Source: Patescibacteria group bacterium (GTDB taxonomy: Bacteria; Patescibacteriota; Doudnabacteria; UBA920). Taken from it: a DNA stretch of 64,000 nt. The stretch's first letter is position 1. Each line of letters begins with the position of its first letter. Positions 56,993 through 64,000 of the stretch are shown here, one piece after another. Location: the NCBI GenBank assembly GCA_023484515.1, contig JAMDAY010000028.1, positions 2,544-66,543 of the forward strand, given 5' to 3'. The notes beneath the pieces are model-generated. The model had not been told where the DNA came from. It did not search any database and saw only the letters and a list, made by a program, of their open reading frames with translations. Position numbers and translations under genes: made by a program.

Positions 56993-57119
56993 AAACAAAG
57001 CCGCCTCAATCTTTTCGTGAAAGAGGCGGTGTCAGGAATGAATATTATCATACCCAAGACGGCCGCTTCCACAGAGGCTCGGCCATCATCATATTTATAT
57101 TTTTTGGAATAAATTGCAT
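56993..57119 (-). promoter_or_regulatory. Putative leader-peptide attenuator 1
   Basis: ORF 57119-57048 MQFIPKNINMMMAEPLWKRPSWV*, then a CCGCCTC/GAGGCGG hairpin and T-rich tail. Confidence 0.6.
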
Positions 57120-57147
57120 AAATATCTATTACAGGCTGTAAATAAAA

Positions 57148-57477
57148 TTAATCTCCTTTGCTGTCTAAAACCTTTGGTTCAAACATTAAAACGTATGCTC
57201 CTTTTTCGCTTTTTGGACAATGCCTGACACCCTTTGGGACAACCGCCATTTTACCCTCTTGTAAGATTATAGCGGGTTGATTTTCTAACTGTATAACAAT
57301 AGTGCCTTTTACCACATAGAAAAATTCATCTTCATCTCTATGTTCGTGCCAATGATATTCTCCTTGCATCAAAGCCAAACGGACTACCTGATTATTAACT
57401 ATTGCGATGTTAATCAGAAACCACGGCTTACCGTTAATTTTTTTGATTTGTTCTTCTAAGTTGACTGGCTCAATCAT
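57148..57477 (-). CDS. Cupin domain protein
   Basis: GEYHWHEH..EDEFFYVVKG...VVPKGVRHCP. Confidence 0.92.
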   Translation of the reverse strand: MIEPVNLEEQIKKINGKPWFLINIAIVNNQVVRLALMQGEYHWHEHRDEDEFFYVVKGTIVIQLENQPAIILQEGKMAVVPKGVRHCPKSEKGAYVLMFEPKVLDSKGD

Positions 57478-57489
57478 AAAGTTAAGTTT

Positions 57490-57620
57490 AATAATAAAAG
57501 CCCTCTTGCAAGGGCTTTGAAATGTTGAAGAAAATTTCGGGTAACTTAAATCCAGCCCTTGCGATTAAGGTTCATCAGTTGCATCATCATTTCGGTTTTG
57601 GCAAATTTAAGCTGGTTCAT
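57490..57620 (-). promoter_or_regulatory. Putative leader-peptide attenuator 2
   Basis: ORF 57620-57546 MNQLKFAKTEMMMQLMNLNRKGWI*, terminator AAAGCCCT/AGGGCTTT-TATT, antiterminator GCAAGGGCT/AGCCCTTGC. Confidence 0.65.
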
Positions 57621-57680
57621 ATGCTTCAATTATACGCTATCTAAGAAAAGTGTCAAGGATACGAGTGTCAAGGATACGAG

Positions 57681-59015
57681 TTATTTTCCTAAAACTACTA
57701 TTTTATTTTCCAGTATTAATTTGCTTTTTAGGCTACTCAGCAATTCTCGTTTTTCAATCGCACTTCCTGACTTTAGTAAATATTTGGCGTAAGATTTGGG
57801 GTCTATGGCTGGCGGATTCTTGACATCAACTTTTTCTCCGCCCAACATCCCCTGAAATTTATTGTACCGTTCAAATTCCTGGTCAATCTGATGCCGCACG
57901 CTCAGCCCGTTTACATCCATTTGGTCTATTAAATTTATTAGCTGCGCGATTAATTCTTCTTCCCGCAAATACCCGCCCTTGCATTTTAAGTCCCTCGCCC
58001 GGGTACAGCCGTAGTAAATATACCTAGCGGTCGTGCCATCTTTGAGCTGCTTAAGCTTGTCCTGGGCGGTTATGCCAGAACCGCAATGACCGCAGGTGAT
58101 CAGTTTGATAAAAGCAAATTCCTTAATATTATATGGATGACCTTCTTTGTTCAGTTGCTCCTGGACTTTTTGGAATAACTCCTGGGTTATGATGGGAGTA
58201 AATTTTCCAGTATACCATTGGCCGCTCTTTTCCGGCCATTCGTGGACGCCGTAGTACATAGTGCGGCGTAAAATTCGGTAAATGTTTCCTAGCGCCAGGT
58301 GTTTGCCGTTTTTGGTCGTAAATTTTATTTTGTCTTTCAGCCAGAAGTATAGTTCCCTGCCACTGCTGTGCTGGTAAGCCACTCGCTCAAACATTTTTTT
58401 AATAATTGGCGCTCGCTTGGGGTCGATTATTAAACTTCCTTTGCGATCGGAACGATTTTCGTTAAGATAGCCAGTCGGGGCCTGCCCCGGCCACATGCCC
58501 ATTTCTACTCTGGCTCGCAGTCCCCGTTTGACGTTTACGCTCTTGTTATCGTTCTCCAATTTGGCCTGGCTACACAAAATCATTAGCAGGAATTTTTCAC
58601 TTGGCGAGTTGGTAAATTTTTGGCCATAGGTACGGATTTCCAGCAGTAGCTTTTGGTCCATCAAATCTACCAGACTGCCTAAATCCCCGGCATTGCGGGA
58701 AAGCCTGTCCGGCGCCCAGGTCAGGATAGCATTAAATTTCCCCGACCTGATTTCCGAAACAATCTCGTTAAAAGTTTCCCGTCCACCTGATGCTTTAGCC
58801 GAGTGGCTTTCTCGTTTTGTCTCTACTATATTAAGTCCCTCCCGCTCCGCAATCTGCAGCATTTCTTTAATTTGGCTGTCTATAGAAAGGATCTGTTTTT
58901 CCTCCTGCTCCGTGCTTTTACGGGCATAGAGGCAGTACTTAATTGGCACGGCCGCTGCGGTCGGGTTGGCCGCTTTAGTCCTCTCCAAAACTCTCTGTAA
59001 TACTTGATCATTCAT
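57681..59015 (-). CDS. Large serine recombinase (resolvase + recombinase + Zn-ribbon domains)
   Basis: YARKST, DRLSRN, GQAPTGY, CGHCG...YYGC. Confidence 0.93.
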   Translation of the reverse strand: MNDQVLQRVLERTKAANPTAAAVPIKYCLYARKSTEQEEKQILSIDSQIKEMLQIAEREGLNIVETKRESHSAKASGGRETFNEIVSEIRSGKFNAILTWAPDRLSRNAGDLGSLVDLMDQKLLLEIRTYGQKFTNSPSEKFLLMILCSQAKLENDNKSVNVKRGLRARVEMGMWPGQAPTGYLNENRSDRKGSLIIDPKRAPIIKKMFERVAYQHSSGRELYFWLKDKIKFTTKNGKHLALGNIYRILRRTMYYGVHEWPEKSGQWYTGKFTPIITQELFQKVQEQLNKEGHPYNIKEFAFIKLITCGHCGSGITAQDKLKQLKDGTTARYIYYGCTRARDLKCKGGYLREEELIAQLINLIDQMDVNGLSVRHQIDQEFERYNKFQGMLGGEKVDVKNPPAIDPKSYAKYLLKSGSAIEKRELLSSLKSKLILENKIVVLGK

Positions 59016-59166
59016 GGCTTATGTTATTAATGATTACAACACATTAATGACGCGACCCTGGTGAGTAGTCTAGACGCAGAAGTAGATAAACTGTAGGTAA
59101 CCAACATTTCCAAAAACCCCACAAAAATGCTAAGATTAGTGGGTACTTTACTTCTTAAATCGCCTT

Positions 59167-60807
59167 ATGAACAAAGCTGAATCAATACCGGATATCTTAT
59201 CCCGGCGCAAGGAAATTGAACAGGAAATAGAAGGCTTGCTGCGGCAAACCGGCAGCAATTTTAATTTGAGAGACATAAAAGAAGCAATCTATAACGAAAC
59301 TGAGCAAAATGATCTTGCTAAAATGCTTCGGATGTTCGACACCGGCCAAGAAGGCATCGAATTAAATAATATTATGGAAACGCTTATGGATGCCTGGAAC
59401 TATTTTCCTCATAAATCCTTGGGCGGCATCTCGCCAGCCGAGAAATCTTTGGAATCACCAAAGGGCAGCCGCCCGACCACCGGCTTCGTCCCTTTTGAAA
59501 TCCGTTTTCCCAAGCTGGCCGAAAAATATCTGATTAATTTTACCATCCCGCCGGGACATGCAACTTTGCCTGGCGGAGTATACACCGTCAAACCCAGCTT
59601 TTGCCTGGAAATCTACGACGGCTGTGACTGCCGCAAGTCAATTTTGAATGTTTACGACAAAAAGAGCGAACATCTGGCCTCGGTACATTACGGATGGGAA
59701 GATCCAAGTTACTATGTCCGCAAATTTCCTGATGTCCCCGGCGTGGACGAAATGTCTGGCCTATATCTGGAACCGATGTGCTATCAAAGCAAGCTTGCTC
59801 CAGCTATACTTGATGAACTTAAAAATGGTTTTAATAATTTGCAATGGGATAAAATCATTGAGCTGCAATACAAAGTCTGGTATCAGTGCCTGACCGGAGA
59901 AAATGTCGCGGAAGTCAAGGACAATGAAACTGCCTATGCATTATTAGACCAGCAGCTTTATGGCATCCCCTATAATGCCATCAAATTTTTAAGGCAGCAG
60001 CCGACCACGACACAATTATTCGATCAGATTATTTTTTCTTCAATCCACGCCTACGATGACACCTATTATGACGAGCAGTTTGACTGGAACCACGCCACGC
60101 CCTTGTGGTATGCGATAGTGGCCGAAAATCACTTAACCGAAAAGTTGATTGATCCGGTGCTCGCTTTGTTTGCCGAAGATTCTAATGAAACCTGGGATTT
60201 TTTGGATGAGCAGGGAGAAAAACTTTTAGGCTTGCTGGTAGATAAATTTCCAGGAAAAACCATTGCCAAAACCAAAACCTTTTTGGATAAGCTGCTCAAG
60301 AAAAACATCAAGTCACCGTATCTGCATACTGCCGCAGTTTTTGAACATAAAGCCGCCAGAGCTGAAATTCCCTGGCTACTGAAATTTATCAGCCACCCCA
60401 ATAATCAGTGGCAGGGATACTATGCTTACTTGCTTGCCAAACAAGGTATTACGGAAGCCATACCAACCTTAAAGGCCATGCATGCAAAAATCAAAAATGA
60501 CCTGGAGCGGCGAGAGATTGAGACTGCGATTGAAGACTTGGAATATTTGAAGACTACCGGCAAAAAAAGATCGGATGAGGATATTCTCGAATACAACGAA
60601 GATTACAATTGGGAAACTCATTTTAAAAAATTTGAAGACCGCTTTTACCCCGATGAAGAGGATAATGAAGATGACGCAGGTGAGATATTTGATGAAGAAT
60701 TTGAGGAACGCACTGGCAAATACTTATATGCCAAGCCGGGCACGCCCAGGAACGCGCCTTGCCCCTGCGGCAGCGGTAAAAAATATCGCAAATGCCATGG
60801 AAAATAA
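59167..60807 (+). CDS. SEC-C motif-containing composite protein
   Basis: C-terminal RNAPCPCGSGKKYRKCH; N-terminal WNYFPH..LGGISP; internal CxxxxxxCDC. Confidence 0.85.
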   Translation: MNKAESIPDILSRRKEIEQEIEGLLRQTGSNFNLRDIKEAIYNETEQNDLAKMLRMFDTGQEGIELNNIMETLMDAWNYFPHKSLGGISPAEKSLESPKGSRPTTGFVPFEIRFPKLAEKYLINFTIPPGHATLPGGVYTVKPSFCLEIYDGCDCRKSILNVYDKKSEHLASVHYGWEDPSYYVRKFPDVPGVDEMSGLYLEPMCYQSKLAPAILDELKNGFNNLQWDKIIELQYKVWYQCLTGENVAEVKDNETAYALLDQQLYGIPYNAIKFLRQQPTTTQLFDQIIFSSIHAYDDTYYDEQFDWNHATPLWYAIVAENHLTEKLIDPVLALFAEDSNETWDFLDEQGEKLLGLLVDKFPGKTIAKTKTFLDKLLKKNIKSPYLHTAAVFEHKAARAEIPWLLKFISHPNNQWQGYYAYLLAKQGITEAIPTLKAMHAKIKNDLERREIETAIEDLEYLKTTGKKRSDEDILEYNEDYNWETHFKKFEDRFYPDEEDNEDDAGEIFDEEFEERTGKYLYAKPGTPRNAPCPCGSGKKYRKCHGK

Positions 60808-61104
60808 TTTTTAGCTCTTGCGGATTATCCATGAGGTTTTGCGCCCATGCGCTCAGTTGCCACGTATTGCGTTTAGGGCAGGTGGTTCTTACCGCCGTCT
60901 ATCCGCTGTTTTGTGTAATTGTCAGCGGCCTTACCGCAAGATATAAATTTTTCTGCGGGGACATTAATGCCGGACTGGCAACTGTTCGTCAAGTTGGTAA
61001 CTTTTCGCTTAAAAACCTTGTAAAATTATGTTTCCTCACGCGTTAAATAAAATGGACAAAACAATGGTATTCGTGATAATATTTAACTACAAAGGATTAA
61101 TCAT

Positions 61105-61305
61105 ATGGCTATAGACTGGTCCAAAATCTATAAAAAATACAAAGGTCTCTGGGTGGCATTAAAGGATGATGAGCAGACCGTGGTTGCCAGTGGCAAGACC
61201 GCCAAGCAGGCTTTGGATATGGCAAAAGAAAAAGGTTTTAAGGAACCCATTTTGCACCGCGTACCGACCGAGGTTATGCCGTATGTCGGCAGCGCTTGGC
61301 TATGA
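61105..61305 (+). CDS. DUF5678-like small protein
   Basis: KYKGLWVAL....VVASGKT..A...A...G. Confidence 0.8.
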   Translation: MAIDWSKIYKKYKGLWVALKDDEQTVVASGKTAKQALDMAKEKGFKEPILHRVPTEVMPYVGSAWL

Positions 61306-61730
61306 CCATAAAGTTCAAATATAAAAAGATCCCCTTAACCGTAAAAGCCCCGCTTTTCGGTTTTTCTATTTTACGGCCAATTATACCGGTTCAGTTATTT
61401 GGCAATGGAGAAAAAATCAGCTACGAAGTCCTGCTGGATTCCGGAGCAGACACTTGCGTGTTTGACGGAAGCATTGGCGAGCTGTTAGGGCTTGATGTTA
61501 CCGCGGGAACGCCCGTGCAATTTAGCGGGGTGCAAAATGCAGCGGCTGCCAAAGCTTATTTGCATACGGTAGACTTAAGTTTAGGCGGACACAAACTATC
61601 CATTCCGGCCATTTTTTCTTTTGACCTCTCCGATAGAGGTTATGGGATTTTAGGACAAAAAGGATTTTTTGATTTGTTCTGTGTTAAATTTGATTATCAA
61701 AAAGAAGAAATTGAACTTAAGCAAAAATAA
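61302..61730 (+). CDS. Retropepsin-like aspartyl protease
   Basis: RPIIPV, LLDSGAD, GILGQKGFF; ATGA overlap with the upstream gene. Confidence 0.85.
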   Translation: MTIKFKYKKIPLTVKAPLFGFSILRPIIPVQLFGNGEKISYEVLLDSGADTCVFDGSIGELLGLDVTAGTPVQFSGVQNAAAAKAYLHTVDLSLGGHKLSIPAIFSFDLSDRGYGILGQKGFFDLFCVKFDYQKEEIELKQK

Positions 61731-61734
61731 TTTT

Positions 61735-62331
61735 ATGATTACCAATCCACACCGAAAAAAACAAATTGAAGAATTTACCGACAAAGACCATGCTGTCATG
61801 AGCAAGTTTTATGATGTCACAGAAGAGATAGCAGACCGCAAAAAATTAAAAAAAGAAATGCGCCAACTTATTGAGGAAGATCCGCTATTCTTTGATCCAT
61901 ACATAACTTTAGCCGACTTGCTTCTGGACGAAGGAAAGGAAACAGAAGCGAAGAAGTTAATCAACGACGCATATCAAAAGGCCATGCTACTGATTGCGGA
62001 TAAAGACGGAAACTGGCCAAAGGAAATGGCTTGGGGCTGGCTGGAAAATCGCCATATTATGAGAGCCATAGAGCATTATGCCTACCAAGTATGGGAAGAA
62101 GGTAAGGCTGAAGAGGCTCTGGATATTTTCCGCAGGCTGCTTAAAACAAATCCAGGAGATAACCAGGGCGCAAGGCATAGCATTTTAGCCATTCGTTTAG
62201 GTCTGAACACCGATTGGGAAGAACAGTTCATGGTCAAAGACGGCCCCATGGCGGGCCAGGCTTTGGAAGCAGGCCCTTTACACGAATGGTTCGATAAAAA
62301 TGCCAAGAAATTTCCGGAAGAATTTGATTGA
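61735..62331 (+). CDS. TPR-like helical protein
   Basis: DPLFFDPY..LA, WGWLENR, LLKTNPGDNQGAR. Confidence 0.75.
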   Translation: MITNPHRKKQIEEFTDKDHAVMSKFYDVTEEIADRKKLKKEMRQLIEEDPLFFDPYITLADLLLDEGKETEAKKLINDAYQKAMLLIADKDGNWPKEMAWGWLENRHIMRAIEHYAYQVWEEGKAEEALDIFRRLLKTNPGDNQGARHSILAIRLGLNTDWEEQFMVKDGPMAGQALEAGPLHEWFDKNAKKFPEEFD

Positions 62332-62359
62332 AAAAAGCGGCTAACCCGGCCGCCGGTTG

Positions 62360-62384
62360 TGTCTACTAAACGGGGTACGCATCA
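62360..62384. mobile_element. Solitary IS3-family-like terminal inverted repeat
   Basis: TGTCTACTAAACGGGGTACGCATCA resembles IS3-family ends as recalled; no transposase nearby. Confidence 0.4.
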
Positions 62385-62770
62385 CCATAGACTGTCTCAT
62401 ACTGTCCCATTTTCCGGTTTTAGACCAGCGACGCGGGTGCTTCGAGTAGCTACGGAAAAGACACCCCAAAACCCTTTGAAAGACTGCCCAAGACTTGTTT
62501 ATACACGCCAGTGCACTACCAAATTAAAATAGCCAAAATTTTGGCTATTTTAATTTGTTCCGAGCGAAGGCCACATAGCGGGAGGAGAAGAGAGGTGTGT
62601 AATTAAAGGGCGTGCAAAATAGAAATTTTATATTTGGCTCCTCTTTATGAGTTGGGTTTGGTTTTTGTTTTTTAAGAATAAAGGAAGTTTTGCGTTTTAT
62701 TATATTGTCGGGAAATAGTTTGACATACAAAATATTTGAGAGTAGAATGAACTTACTTAAGCTGATAAAT

Positions 62771-63220
62771 ATGCCCCAAGAGATAAAACGTTCCATTTTA
62801 AGCCATTTGCACCATGTGGGCCGGTATATGCGGCAGCAGGGGGAAATGGGCATGGGCGTGGAGCATCTCACCATGCACCAGGTCCAGGCCTTGTTTTTCG
62901 TAAAAAAACGCCAGCCCGTGCGGATGCGCGATTTGGCGGAAAATTTGCGCATTTCCCCGGGTTCTACTTCGCTGTTTTCCGACCGCCTGGTCGAATCCGG
63001 CTGGCTATCGCGCTGCCAGGACAAAAACGACCGGCGCGCAGTTTGCCTGAAGCTTTCATTGGCGGCGGAAAAAAAACTGGACCGGATGTTCAAAGAGAGG
63101 TTTGAGCGCGTCGGCCGCATGCTGGACGCGCTAAGTCCCAAGGACCAGCGCGAACTTGACCGCATATTGGGGCAGCTTGAGGATTTTGCATCCCGCAATA
63201 TCGCAAAGGCGAGAGAATAA
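62771..63220 (+). CDS. MarR-family regulator
   Basis: LTMHQ..AL, MRDLAENL.ISPGS.S...DRLVESG...DRR. Confidence 0.9.
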   Translation: MPQEIKRSILSHLHHVGRYMRQQGEMGMGVEHLTMHQVQALFFVKKRQPVRMRDLAENLRISPGSTSLFSDRLVESGWLSRCQDKNDRRAVCLKLSLAAEKKLDRMFKERFERVGRMLDALSPKDQRELDRILGQLEDFASRNIAKARE

Positions 63221-63411
63221 AGGCGTCCGGCAGGATGGTTTTACGGTCACCGCCAAGGACACAGCCAATCAAGAGGTTGTTGAAAAATATTATCAGGCCA
63301 TACTAAAGGATAAATCCTTCTTGGCGAATATCAAGAAAGCATTGGGACTAAATTTTTGTATTGCAGCCAGGCAATGTTGTTGGCCTGTTTTTATAATCAT
63401 AAAAAACATCC

Positions 63412-64000
63412 ATGAGAAAACTTTTTAAATACCTTATTCCTTATGCCGGACCGTTAATTTTGCTGGTTGCCTTAACCTATGGACAGGTTGCGGCCAATTT
63501 GGCCCTGCCCGATTATATGGCCAGCATAGTGAACCGGGGAATTGTGGGGCAAAGTTCCGGCATTATTTACCATTACGGGTGGTTGATGCTTTTGGTCACC
63601 CTGGCCGGCGGCTTGTGCATGGTCGCGGTCGGCTATATTGCTTCCCGAATTGCCGCCGGGTTCGCACAGCGCGTGCGCGACCTGGCTTTTTCCAAAGTGG
63701 AAGATTTTTCCCTGGTGGAATTCAATAAATTTTCCACTGCTTCGCTCATTACCAGGAATACTAACGATATCCAGCAAATCCAAACCATTTTGGTTATGCT
63801 GCTCAGGCTGGCTTTAAGGGCGCCGCTCATGGGCGCCTTGTCCATTTGGAAGGCCTACCAACTGGCCCCTTCCATGACCTGGATTATGGCAGCGGCGGTT
63901 ACGGCCTTGATAGTGTTGGTTTCCGTCCTGTTTGCCATAGCAATGCCGCGATTTACCAAACTGCAGAAATTGGTGGACAAGCTTAACCTGGTGACCCGCG
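63412..64000 (+). CDS. ABC exporter permease/ATP-binding protein (3'-partial)
   Basis: MRKLFKYL...LALPDYMASIVNRG...FSTASLITRNTND; frame runs off the window end. Confidence 0.9.
   Translation, partial: MRKLFKYLIPYAGPLILLVALTYGQVAANLALPDYMASIVNRGIVGQSSGIIYHYGWLMLLVTLAGGLCMVAVGYIASRIAAGFAQRVRDLAFSKVEDFSLVEFNKFSTASLITRNTNDIQQIQTILVMLLRLALRAPLMGALSIWKAYQLAPSMTWIMAAAVTALIVLVSVLFAIAMPRFTKLQKLVDKLNLVTR

Larger units (their letters stand above)
54512..62521. mobile_element. Probable integrated island at the tRNA-Glu 3' end
   Basis: GC drops right after the tRNA; contains a large serine recombinase and accessory genes; GTGCACTACCA at 62511-62521 resembles the tRNA end ATGCGCTACCA. Right boundary is tentative. 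Confidence 0.5.

Noticed and set aside
56918-57119. SAM or ZTP riboswitch upstream of the DUF62-like gene
   Set aside because: Consensus elements are absent; a leader-peptide attenuator explains the structure better.

Overview
Bacterial chromosome segment in standard genetic code. Gene content and style suggest a Patescibacteria/CPR genome (inference). The backbone is polA (5'-partial), rpsT, uvrB, tRNA-Ala, ruvA, femX-like, murE, tsaB, rpoB, rpoC, valS (with a T-box leader), tsaD, a queuosine-precursor transporter and tRNA-Glu. Three accessory zones sit in it: (1) 5.3-12 kb, a large Ig-like repeat surface protein and a secreted lipase/acyltransferase; (2) 21.3-34.7 kb, an adhesin locus; (3) 54.5-62.5 kb, a probable serine-recombinase island at tRNA-Glu. 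Main signals follow. First, a duplicated module of an exactly phased 19-bp array (palindromic core ATYGTTTAAACRAT; 13 units at 31604-31850, 3-4 units at 22460-22535), then a small HTH gene, then a secreted/surface protein gene. Second, small mobile-type genes (two four-helix-bundle, one GxxExxY, two REP-associated Y1 transposases), each bracketed by its own repeat type; three carry that repeat inside their own coding sequence. Third, palindromic and short-period repeats inserted in frame into polA, uvrB, femX, murE, valS and tsaD. Fourth, two Met-Met-Met leader-peptide attenuators upstream of a cupin and a DUF62/SAM-hydrolase-like gene. Fifth, a 102-bp hairpin element present twice with fully compensated stems. 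All calls were made by eye; no database searches were run.
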